Shown one piece after another: positions 50,053 through 61,686 of a DNA stretch of 64,000 nt. The translations under genes and the position numbers were made by a program. Position 1 is the stretch's first letter, and the number at the start of each line of letters is the position of its first letter. This DNA comes from Curvularia clavata (lineage: Eukaryota), in the NCBI GenBank assembly GCA_023920165.1, contig CP089274.1, forward strand, positions 1,178,001-1,242,000. The letters are read 5' to 3'. The notes beneath the pieces were generated by a model. It was not told where the DNA came from. It worked only from the letters and a program-made list of their open reading frames with translations, and searched no databases.

Positions 50053-52180
50053 ATGGACCCCCGCGATCCATCGTCTCCCAGACTCATAGACGTTAGTGCT
50101 ATGGAAATTCGACTCGAGATGAGTGGCACCATGGGCCCCGCTGACGGTGTAACAGGTACAGCAAGAACCGATCAGTACCTTCTAATAATCACGCATGGGG
50201 TAAGGTCTAGCTGTGGCTTGTGTTTGCGACAATTGCTGACTTGATCAAGTAAATACCGTTCCAGAAGTGGCTGGTGAGTAGACCCAACGTTGCGGCAACG
50301 AGGAAATGCTGATGTGTCAAAGTCTTACCTGTCGAGCACGTCGTGTCAAGTGTAAGTGCGCTATCCAAGTACTCAGTCGCGCTAATGCTGGTCTCAGGCG
50401 ATGAAACTAAACCCATATGTAAAGCCTGTAGCAAGAAAAACCGATCCTGTCAGTGGGAAGAACCACACACAAAGTTCAAGGACTATCGGCCTAGTGTTCC
50501 CTCATCAAGCAAGTCTGCCACGGGTGGTACAGATGACGAAAATGAGACCAGGGACAATATGGGGAGCATCGATGGCGACGACGGGGACAATGAAGACGAA
50601 GAGATGGACCTTGCAGACGTCGTCGGCGAGGGAAGTCGTAGTCAGCCCACTTCGCACAGAAACATCCGAAAAAACAATCAGACCGAGAGGATGTCGGACA
50701 GCCCCTTCCCCAGCGGAGCGACTCCGTTGTTTCCAGGCCCACCATACTATGATCCGAAAGCGAAAGATACAAGGGGCGAGGTATCCATGGCGGCTTTCCT
50801 GGAGCAGGAGAGCTCACTGACTCGACCCCCTACGGGCACGACGGGCCATGCCTCTGAGTATATCCCTCTGACCCACGAAGAGGCTGTGTTGGTACACCAC
50901 TATTCAGAGCATATCGGTCGATGGCTTGACTGCACAGACGCAACCAATCAGTTTACACTTGGAGTACCGGAAAAAGTCGCGCTTTGCCCAGTGCTCCGCC
51001 ACGCCGTTATTGCACTCGCTGCACGCCATTCTAGGAATAACGCTACAGCGGACGCTGCTTATCAGCGTTGCATCTCTTTACTGATCTTGCGGTTGAACGA
51101 AGAGAATGCAAGCCATGACGAAACTCTTCTGTGCGCCATTGTCATATTACACTTTTACGAACAGCTCAGCGGTACGTTTGAATTTGCTTGGTCTGAATTG
51201 TCTCTTTTCTAACACTTCTTCAGTCCCATCGATTATGGGTCCAGATGACGAACAGCATTTGGCAGGTTGCTCGGCAATCATCCGTTCCTCACAGGGCTAC
51301 CATTTTGTCGACCCTTCAGCACCTACCCTACGCGAAGCCGCCTTCTGGGTCTATGTACGACAGTGCATTCATAAGGCCACAATCAACCAGCAGCCCCCCG
51401 ATATTGATTTCTCACTGCAATTGCACCCGAAACCCGATACAATGAGAGATGCACATCCACTGGCCCGACTGAGATTGGAGACCGCTTGGTCCAACCAAAT
51501 GGCATGGAACCTTGCGTGCGTTGTAAACTTCTGCTTTGGGGAGAATGAGACATACGCCGATCCGGCTTATAGGACGCAACGCTGGCAAGAGCTGTGGAGC
51601 CTTGTTCAGACGTGGATGCAGAATAGGCCAGCCGGCTTCAATCCAATTTTCGAAGGTCCATCAGGCGATGAGGGCTTACTCCCTAATATTTGGTTTTCAG
51701 CCGACTGGCACGGTAAGAATCCCAACGTCCACATCCCAGCTGCTTTTCTGACCAAATCACTAGTTGTTTCGTTTTGCTTTTACCATTTGGCCTGTATCAT
51801 GCTACTTCGATATAGACCGAGTTCAGAGCCAGTCACCCAGAACGTCGGTAATCTTGCCGAGACAAATGTAAGGTTCTTCGTCGTCCGAGTATGAGACTGA
51901 CTGCTAATCCTTATAGCACCAAATCCTGTCACATGCACGAGCTATCTGCGGAGCTACCAAAAGCTCTAGAGAGACTGTGCCCTTGGCTATTACCATGTAT
52001 CACACCATTTTCATCTGGGGGCCACTTGTTTCCAACGACATAGAGAGAGATGAGATAATCAAGATTTTGACTGAGTTCGAAAGAGATCATGTCTGGCCAA
52101 CAGCCTGGATAATCAATACGTTAAAGCGTGAATGGGGAATTTCTGGTGCATCAGCCTCGATGTCCCCAATGCAGCAATAG
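50053..52180 (+). CDS. Zn(II)2Cys6 fungal transcription factor with fungal-specific ('ARCA-like') middle region
   Basis: Spliced micro-exons rebuild RSRSGC/LTCRARRVKC/DETKPICKACSKKNRSC (C-x2-C-x6-C-x6-C-x2-C-x6-C). Further motifs are GRWLDCTD, LLCAIVILHFYEQL and LREAAFWVYVRQ. The start is either 50053 or 50195. Confidence 0.88.
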
Positions 52181-53182
52181 AAATATTATAACAAGTTTGT
52201 GTCCATCGCGTTTGACAGAGGTGGACTGATTCCCTAGCATGAACGCAGCCATTTCCAGCCGACACATTATGAGTCGCCACCAGATACTGACTGTGTCTCT
52301 CGGACTCAGAGAATTTAGGTCGTTGGGCAATGCGTGGAACAGCAGCGCAGCGCAGCGCTTCAGCCGTCAAGTCCATCATCGCATCACACTTCTCCGGTTA
52401 CGTGTTTTTCCTCAGCAACATCAATAAGTCGATGCCACTCGAATCTATCCGTTCCAATCAAACCAAGCAAGAAACTCGCCTCTTCTGATGATGTCAATAG
52501 CCAGAACCTCCATCGACTTTCGTTTTCAAATCACTGGCAATACTCCTACGCCAAGTTCTTTCGGGTAACGTTTCCGGGCGCTATGCACCAATCATATCAC
52601 AGTCGCCTGTCGCACACCAAGGGTCAATCAACGCTACACCTGTTGGAGTATGTTTTTGTATACCGCATTTCTGATACCGGCACAAACCCCCGAGCCGCCA
52701 CAAACCTGAAAACCTGAAAAGGAAAATTTTCAGGGTCTCTCTTTGTTCAGGTGCATGACATATTATGATAGGTGAAGTACGTAACGGGTGCCGGCCAACT
52801 GGGCCGAAGATGCCCTTATTACTGGAAACGCAATCACATGTTTGTGGAGATGGAATGAGCAGCAGTCAACTTCGACCTGGGATTCGAGTCAGCACTAGAA
52901 TAACTAGTAAAAATCCTTCTTGTAGGGTTCTTGTCAGCATGGCATAAATCGCGATAGTCCTCATTACATCACGCAAAGCGTATATTGACATATCCGTCTT
53001 TCTCAAGGGAGGGGTTTAGAAGTGTCGCAGCATGAGTACGCCATCGTATTCTGGGTCGTCGTTGTGGCGCTAGTAGCGGGTGGGATGCAGGAAGGGGACG
53101 AAGTTCGGTGACGGATGTTACCGAAATCTAGGATTAACATTACTAGCATATCTGACTAACTAACTCAAAATGGCATATGCGC

Positions 53183-55062
53183 TTAAGGCTTCGCAGCAGT
53201 CGTGTGACGATTCGCTCCCTCGACTATTTCGTGCATAATACGCGCTTTTTGCTGCTCTTCTGCCTCACTGCTGACATCCTTGAACACCTGATCCATCTCT
53301 TCGAGTGTCTTACCAGAAGTTTCAGGGATAACGAAGAATGTGAAGACGAACGCGAGGAGACAGAAGACGGCAAAAAAAGTGTAGGCGCCGTAACCAGTGT
53401 TTTGGACCAATGGCGGAGTAATGAGACCCTAGAATACGAATTAGTTTTAGACTCCTGTTATTGAGATACGCTAGGACCTACAATGACAAAGTTGTTGAAC
53501 CAGTTGGAACATGTCGACAAGGCAACTCCCTTTGCACGCAGCGAGGAAGGGAAGATTTCCGACGGCATAGCCCATGGCACTGGACCCCATGTGGCACCAA
53601 AACTGAACATGTAGAAGAAGAGGAAGGCGACGGCAACCCAGCCTTCAGCCGAGTAATCAGCCCATCGGCCGCCAAACTTTCCGACCAAGACAGCAATGAT
53701 AAGATGGCAGATGAACATGAGCGCGGCACCGCTGAGGAGCAGAGATCGGCGTCCAAAGCGATCCATGGTCCAGAGACTTGTAGCCACACCAACAAGTTGG
53801 GTGCAGTTGATGATGCCAGAGAGAAGCAGCTGCATCTCGTAGTCTTGGCCTAGGGTTTTAAACAGAGAGGGTGAATAGTAGATGAGCGCGTTGATACCTG
53901 AGAATCAGTCAGTTACGTTCTATGCAAAACACATCCCTGTACATACCAACAAATTGCTGGAAGAACATGATGCCAACACCAACAACGGTTCGCTTCCAAC
54001 ATCCATGTCTGAAGCAGTCGAACCACGACTGGATCTCGAGTTTAAGTTCATCCATTCGAGTTTTCCCCTGTAGGTTGGGATGTCTCTCTGCACTAACTTC
54101 GTGGTTGAAAGCAACTTCAGCGCGGATCTCGCACCATTCTTGGAAAACGCGAGCATCGTCGATGGGGAGTTTACGGAGTTTGCCGAGAACATGGAGTGCC
54201 TCGTCATCGCGACCTTTGCTGGCTAGCCAGCGAGGGGAAAAGGGAAGGAAAACGATGCCAACGCCCAAGATAAGACCTGGGATCATTTGAATGAGGAAAG
54301 GAAGGCGCCATGCCCATTCCCCTGCCATGTAGCGTGTGCCATATGTTGTCCAGAAGGCGACTACAATACCAAGGACGATGCTAAATTCCTGCAAGACGAG
54401 AAGGGCACCGCGGATCTCTGGAGGTGCGATTTCTGAGATGTAGAGGGGAGCGATTGTTGCGAGCCTACACTTGGTTAGAATTTGTCTTAGAAAAAGCGCC
54501 ATAATGTGTCAAGTTTCCAACTTACGCTCCGATTCCCATTCCTCCAATTAAGCGACCTACAGTGAGCATAGCGTAGCTCATGGCGGCAGTCTGTAGAATG
54601 CTTCCAATGGTAAAAACGATGACTGCAACGACAATGGAGTATTTTCTAGAAAGCTTGTCCGCGATCCATCCCGCGAACAAAGCGCCAATAAGTGCACCAA
54701 GCTCAAGCATAGCAGTCATCAGTCCCTTCCAAAATCCCGCGCCTGAAGCATCATCCGAAACACGAGGGAAGCGACCGAGAAACTGGTCCATAACAAGGGT
54801 CACCGAGATGACACCCTGGTCATATCCAAAGAGAAGGCCTCCGATGGTTGCGAAGGCCGCACACATGGCGACGTATGGGTTAGTGAATAGACCGCGGAAA
54901 CCTAGAGGGAGTAAGCTATCATGGAATTCCCACGGCTGGGCAGAATGGCATACCTGCTGGTCCATACGGCTCTCTGGCTATGGGTCCATTTTTGGTCGCA
55001 TAAGAGACCATTGTCTCTTGTTGTTCTTGTGGGACACTTTTGACTGAGTTGTCTTCACCCAT
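53183..55062 (-). CDS. MFS sugar porter family transporter
   Basis: GGLLFGYDQGVIS, ADKLSRK, PLYISEIAPPEIRG, PFSPRWL, FFQQFVG/INALIYY, DRFGRR, WGPVPWAMPSEIFP and PETSGKTLEEMD motifs; four introns. Confidence 0.95.
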
Positions 55063-55696
55063 GGTGGTGTTCAATGGCGTTTCTGATGTTGTGTGGATCT
55101 CACCTGTGAATATTGATGCCTCGACTAAGAAAAGCAGTGGAAGGGAAGAAGTCGGTCAGTTTATGTACGTCCGATATTTCGCTTGATCTCGTGTTAGGTC
55201 TTTCCAGGTGGATCCACGGCAACTGGTTGCCAACGCTAGTGCCAGGCTTATCAATTCGTTGCAGAGGCATGTAGCGGTGGCCTGGTTGCGACGATCTCAT
55301 GGAAACCCGGCAATTAGAGGCTTCGGTTTCTACACGCTCCTGAGTGGTTGAAAGCCGCATTCTATGGTCCGAGTGCATGTCTTGCTCGCTGTTCTGCGTA
55401 TGCATAGCGCGGGGTTGCTGTGTTGACGCAGCATCGGACGTGCTCGCTGGAAGTTTCTGTGGACCCTAGGTCCGAGACTGGCCGATCTACGATGCCTTGG
55501 ATCGTGGAAAACAATATCGGATGTCCGATAGTAAACTTGATATCTCGACCTGCTCGGGGCCTGTGTAGCATTGACCACTTAATTCTTCTATTGAAAGACT
55601 TTGCTCGATTTGTCGTGTCGCATGCCGCTACAGCACCCTTCGTCTGCTTGTTTCCGCATATCCTGAGGCCCCTGTGACAGTTAGAAGTGCCTACAA

Positions 55697-55743
55697 CCCC
55701 AGATGACGCGCTCAAACGCCTCAGCACTACCCCAGATCCCCAG
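55697..55743. promoter_or_regulatory. Cluster of three CreA/Cre1-type (SYGGRG) sites upstream of the sugar porter
   Basis: CCCCAG (= CTGGGG) at 55697, 55730 and 55738; a further GCGGGG near 55409. Confidence 0.4.
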
Positions 55744-56942
55744 AATTAGGCTCGCCTCGTTCCGCGCTGTGCGCTTGCCCAGTAGTTGACGGTTCTTGTC
55801 TAATTACTCGTCTTGGGGGAAATGCTGCCGGCCAAAGTGGAGGTCTCGGCGGGAATTGCCTATCATCGTCTGGATACGCATGTGCCAAGCCCTGCACTAG
55901 GCTATGATGGGCGAGAAAGGCAGGTTTCGCCGCAAAGTGGGTCTTGCTGTGGGACTTGACTGTCAGAAAGCAACTTGAACCGCCAGTATTCACATGGTAT
56001 ATAAGCAGAGATATGTATTAATCACACAAAAGTATTGGAATAATCATCGTATGTAATGGATTTTTGGAGCAGTTTAAGAGTTTGAGATATAAAATGCATT
56101 CTGATCATGGAGACTGAATGTCTTCAGTTGGCACGCATTACGCCATGCTCATCTACTAAGTCACCTATTGCCAAGGACACTACAGAGCGAAACAATATGG
56201 ACTTTCTCCACATCAATGGGATTTTCAAATGCCGATGATTTCGGCTTGGCATGAGAAGGGTATATTTTTAGCCGCTACTGTTTGCTGCTACGTAGCCTTG
56301 TATGAGATTCGATGACGAAGTTTCCATGCCTTATAGGCTGCCAGCTTCGGATGCAAAGACGTTGTGGAGTATGAACTCACTACGCTGCTGGAGTTAATTT
56401 TGAAATCAGGCTTCGATCAAACTGCCATCGCAGTAGAAGTGCTGCGCTTGGAAGCAAGAAATGCATTCTCTCTTTGCCGTGTTTGTAGCTCTCTGTTTTC
56501 GGGCTAGATATTGCTGTTATCTGTGGCTCGTTCAGCCTGTTAATTTCCTATGTAGCCTAATGTTCATCAGTATAATTAGAAGTCAAGCGTGACTCCTCAC
56601 TTAATAAGCAAAATATTGGCTTTCGTAATCAATAGGTTCAAGTCATTCTATTGAAGTGTTCGATTAGTCTAACTTTGTATAATAGAGACACTCTAAAGCA
56701 AGCACATTTTGCTATTTTCGGGTCATTGCTGTTCCTTTTACTGCTAGCGAACCTTATTCTGCCCAGTCTCTTTTACTCCGTTGGTGTTTTGTAGTCGTGG
56801 TTAATGAGCACCTGCTTACTAGAAGCGTGGTTCGAAAGACCTTGAGAAAACTCGCTGTGGGCAAAGATAGAACACTTGCTGCTAACTTAGCTCAGGTTAT
56901 GAGAGGCTAGATTGGGACAAAAAAAGATTTTATAAAAAATAT

Positions 56943-57038
56943 CGGAGCCGACAAGATTCGAACTTGCGAGGCCGAAGCCATTAGATGACATGAATGAGGA
57001 ATTCAAGTCTAACCCATTAACCACTCTGGCACGACTCC
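56943..57038 (-). tRNA. tRNA-Ser(UGA) with a 15-nt intron
   Basis: Minus strand GGAGTCG..AGAGTGGTTAATG-G-TTAGA-CT-TGA-A[intron 57001-56987]A-TCTAA, long variable arm GGCTTCGGCC, GCAAGTTCGAATCTTGT, CGGCTCC-G, followed by a T5 terminator. Confidence 0.95.
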
Positions 57039-57194
57039 TGTGATTGATTGATGAAGAAACGAGAAATTTAAAAAAATATATTGACCATTCAAAAGCACTT
57101 CGACGTCAAATCGTCGGGAGTGCTTCCAGACAATAAGTGGGGCACATGTGCCCCGCAGTTTTGCGGACATTACCATTCAAGCTACGATCACTGC

Positions 57195-58183
57195 TTAGAG
57201 ACTAGACTTTCCGCTCAACGACCACACCTCTCCGCTGTTGACCTTCCCTTCCTGCTTCAGCTTGATCAGGATCTGCAGTATTCCCTTTTCCGCCGGCTCC
57301 CACAGGTTCTCTGGATAGTCCTTGTATATCACTTTGACAATATCCATCGACGACAGGGATTGACCGTGATTTGCTGCGAGTATATCCAAGACCTGTTTCT
57401 CGCGCAGCTTGCGGTGGCTAATGTACTCTATGATCTTTGCCGGGCCGTCGGGAATGACTGGACCGTGACCGGGGTATGCGCGGCCTCCAAACTGCTTCGA
57501 CATAGCGTCGAGACTCTTCATGTACGTCGCCAGATCCTCGAATACCGCTGTGCCCTGTCCGAGCACATTGTCTGCTGTGAACATGGCGTCTTCTTCCTCC
57601 AGCACAAAAGCCATGTGATCCGTAGTGTGTCCAGGACAGAAGAAGGCGCGCAGGGTCGCGCCCTCGGTTTCAAATCGCTGCCCATCGGCTATGGGAAGCC
57701 AGTCGTCATGGGGGTCATTTTTGTAGACCTTTGCGTTAGGGACAAGCCCAAGGAGGTCAGGGACACCTTGGATGTGGTCGTGGTGCCAGTGCGTCAAGAG
57801 CACCTTGTCTATCGTAATGTTCTCCTTCGAGAGTAGCGACTTGATGGAAGCTATCCACTGGGGCCTGCCCTCGCCCGTGTCGATGAGGAGTCGTGACACG
57901 CCACGACCGACGACATAAGTGTTTGTGCCTATGTCACTCAGTATCGGTTCAATAATGGGATGCAACGCACAAACCTTGCAGGGTGAACTGAAGTATGTCA
58001 GAGTGTGTCTCTTGTTTTCAATGTGACAGCGCTTACCTTGCTCGGGTTCCCACCAAGGACCCTAATCACCCGATCGCTCAACTTCTCAACCTCAGGTAGA
58101 GACTCCAAAGTATCAACCATCTTTGAATAAAATCTGTGAGGCTTGGAAACGTTCAACAAGCATGAAAGTTGCGGGCGCAGCAT
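57195..58183 (-). CDS. LACTB2-like metallo-beta-lactamase-fold protein with winged-helix tail
   Basis: VLGGNPSK/FTLQG/TNTYVVG, LIDTGEG, LLTHWHHDHIQG (HxHxDH), PGHTTDH, ADNVLGQGT and YPGHG motifs. A 13-nt micro-exon at 57975-57987; in-frame ATGs at 58183 and 58120; ends GKSSL. Confidence 0.92.
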
Positions 58184-58344
58184 AGTCACTCTCACCCCAG
58201 GTAACAGCACAGACAGACTTACCGAGGCTCGCTTATCCGTACGTAGTGGGGGTGGAAGCAGGCGGCTTACTATCTATATCCACATCGCGATAATTCGCCG
58301 CCACAGACCTGAAACGACAAGAACAAAAGATTGGCATAGCGCCA

Positions 58345-59227
58345 ATGGCTGAAGACGACGACGATATTCCGTGAGCAGTCATCGTTGGGAGCCCCAACTT
58401 ACATGTACTAATCAATGAAGTCAGCTCTCGGGCGACACCCTAGCAGCCCTGCAACAATTTTATGGCGAGCGAGATGCACGCGCGAAGCAGTTTGAAGATC
58501 TGAAAGCCAAGGCTGAGGATGATTTTGAAGGAAAGCTCTCCATGGAAGCGTTTACAGAAGACTGGAACGCAAGTCAATTCTGGTATAGCGATGAGACTGC
58601 CACAGTCCTTGCGAAGCAACTTCTGGATGGCGCCACGGAAGAGACGAGGATAGCAGTGGTATCTGCTCCTAGCGCTTTCATACAACTGAAGAACTTGATC
58701 GTAGGTGCTCTTGGCTGTGCATCACACGTAAGAGAAGACCACGTTGACAATCAGCTAGAACTCGGGAGAAGCCAAATGTCGGCCCCAGATCAGATTACTC
58801 GAATTTGACGAGCGTTTCGCCGTTTTCCAAGAATTCGTCCCTTATGACTTCGAGAAAGCTATCCAGCTTCCGCCGGAGCTCAAAGGGACATTTGACGCTA
58901 TCATTTGTGATCCGCCATTCCTAAGCCAAGACTGCCAGACCAAAGGTACCTTAATTCCTGAATCACTGATAAACAAGAGATTAGCCAATCTAACCAAATG
59001 CAGCTGCACTGACTGTACGATGGTTGGCTAAATCATGGACGCAAGAATCACTTCGTCTCATCGTCTGTACTGGAGAGCGCATGGAGAGTCTAGCCACGGA
59101 AAAGCTCTACGGAAAAGTAGGATTAAAGACTACGGATTATGAGATTCTGCACGCAAAAGGCCTGAGCAACGAGTTCAGATGCTATGCCAATTTCGAGTGT
59201 GAGGCGTGGAAGTGGAGGTCATCATGA
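58345..59227 (+). CDS. EFM5: eEF1A protein-lysine N-methyltransferase Efm5 (N6AMT2/Aml1 family)
   Basis: QLSGDTLAALQQFY, FTEDWNASQFWYSDETA, VSAPSAF, LLEFDERF, CDPPFLS and GLSNEFRCYANF motifs; three introns. Confidence 0.93.
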
Positions 59228-59489
59228 CATGCAGATACCACAATTTAAATTATGGCTAGAAAATTGTACTTGTACGTTGGCGACTTGTGTATCTTTTGAT
59301 AAGTCTTGGCCAAACGTTGAAAGCAACATAGCGGCAAATAACGCTCCATGGGCTTGTTGCTGAACAGCTACCCCACCTGTCCCTCGGTCAACCCCACGTT
59401 GCCTCGAAGCTCTAGCCTGCGTCATCTTCGCGAGCTTCCGGACCAACCCACCCACCAGCCAACCCACATCTCAGCTCACGAGTACCGCA

Positions 59490-60036
59490 ATGGCTTCCGC
59501 TGCATGCATCTTTTGCAAGATCATCAAGGGTAGGTCGCGCCTTCACTAGCGCCTACGGGATACTAACAGCCCCTGCAGGCGAGATCCCTTCGATGAAGAT
59601 ATTTGAGAGTGAGAAGACGCTTGCATTCCTTGACATTGGGCCATTGAGCAAGGGACACACTGTAAGTATCCCTTGATACTCACTCACGCCTTTTTCTTCT
59701 ACGTCTTTTCAAGGAACACTACATTCAGCTAACGCATATACTTCCCACTAGCTCATCATCCCCAAGTACCACGGCGCAAAGCTGCACGACATACCCGAAG
59801 ACCAGCTGTCTGAAGTCCTGTCAGTCACCAGGCGCATCGCCATCGCACAGAACCTCTCAGACTACAACATCCTGCAGAACAACGGTCGAATTGCGCACCA
59901 GGTTGTAGACCATGTGCACTTCCATCTGATTCCCAAGCCGAATGAGCAGGAGGGCCTGGGTATCGATTGGCCGACCAAGGAGGCAGACAAGAGCGAGTTG
60001 GCCAAGTTGCTGGAAGAGATTAAGAGCAAGATGTAG
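59490..60036 (+). CDS. HNT1: HIT-family adenosine monophosphoramidase (Hint/Hnt1)
   Basis: CIFCKIIKG/EIPS, AFLDIGPLSKGHT/LIIPKYH and NNGRIAHQVVDHVHFHLIP (histidine triad); two introns; ends -SKM. Confidence 0.96.
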
Positions 60037-60132
60037 ACAGACGGTTTGAAGTAAACGACGAACAAAACCATTGTGAATTGAAAGTGCAACGACAAGTAGA
60101 ATAAGCAGTATATCTAACGCTACGCGTGTACT

Positions 60133-61076
60133 CTATTCTCCTTTGAATACCGGTTTTCGCTTTTCTCTGAATGCAAGCAGCGCCTCGTCCCTATCTTTAG
60201 TCCTAACCACACGGTCGTATGCAGCATTCTCAGACTTCTCACCCAATGCACAACCCTCGACTGCCGCCAGCGCAGCCCTGATGGCAATGGGACCACCCTC
60301 GCAAATGTTCATTGCCAGGTTGATTGCCTCTTCCAGGACCTTCTTCCGTGCAGCCCCTTCTTCCTTTGTATCCTTTTCCGTGATCTCTACTAGACGGTCG
60401 CATAGCCCAAGAAAGTACGCTTCAGGCGCTGCGACCCTTCGTCCAGTCAAAATCAAGTCTCGAGCGCGTGAAAGACCAATTAAAGCAGGGAGACGGTAGG
60501 TTCCTCCCGCGCCCGGCAGAATCGCAAGACGGGTTTCCGGGAGGGCAACTGTGGTCGTAGAGGCGAAGATGCGCATATGGGTAGTAAGAGCCAATTCGAG
60601 GCCGCCACCAAAAGCTGGCGCCGCAAGTGCAGAAATCGTGGGAATGGGCAGTTGTGCAATTGATGCAAATGTTCCGCGCAACGATGCGAGAAAGTTTGCG
60701 GTCCTGTCGCTGCTTGTTAGCGGTTTGCTTCTTGTACCTCTGAGACGACATACTCTTCTTGTGTAAATGTAGCCCTCTCTTTCAGATCTGCACCTGCGCA
60801 GAAACTCGAATCGACATCACTCGCCAGGATCAATGCCCGCGTTGGGCCATTGTCGCCTTCGTCGTGAATGCTGTTGACCTGGTGGCTTAGCTCCGCAAGC
60901 AATTGCCTTGAGATCGCATTGCGCGCTGCTGGGCGATTTAAAGAGAGAATCCTTATGCTTCCGCAATGCGGTGCAGGCACATTTGAGACGTTGATTGCTG
61001 GGGTTTGTGCAGTCGCAAAAGTGCGGGCTTGTAGGGCACGGTACAAAGTGCGGGGGGCGGGGCGAAAGAGAGGCAT
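60133..61076 (-). CDS. Enoyl-CoA hydratase superfamily, methylglutaconyl-CoA hydratase (AUH)-like, mitochondrial
   Basis: Presequence MPLFRPAPRTLYRALQARTF, LNRPAARNAIS, FCAGADLKER, FGGGLELAL, LPETRLAILPGAGGTYRL and FREKRKPVFKGE; intron 60704-60753. Confidence 0.92.
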
Positions 61077-61686
61077 TTTGGGAACTTGCAAGTAGACCTG
61101 TGGAAATGTAACAGATCTCATTCAAGCTATACTAGGAACTCGGTTCAGAGCTACGGCTTCGGCACCAGCTGAGTTGTGGTTTGGTGACTTCATTCCCATG
61201 GACCGCGGTTAGCCGAGGCCGTTTCCCACTGGGGAAGTGACAGGGATGAAGCTTTTGGACTTGAAGGCACCAGGCAGTCTACATTACCTATCTACCAACT
61301 GCTTTGAACCGAATTCATCAGGATAAACAGAGTTCTCCCAAATCCAGTGACGAATCGAACACTAGGAATATCGATAGTGAGGAGAAAAACGAGAAAGCGT
61401 ATCTTCAAATTCAAGTTGTATTCTGAGTTTCGAGAAAAAGCACCTCCAATGCATGAAGACGACATAGAAGAGTCATCAAACCACAACCTCCACGTGCACC
61501 GTCCCTCTTTCATGCTTTCTCTTACGCTACAAACACCACAGATACACCGCCAGGTATATCTGATAATGCGGCCCAAGGCCTATACATACCTTATCTAGAT
61601 AACACTGCCATCATTACATATACATCTAGCCTCTCACCCAATCCTGCCAAAACCAGTCCCCAAAATCATCACCAACATCCCCCCTT

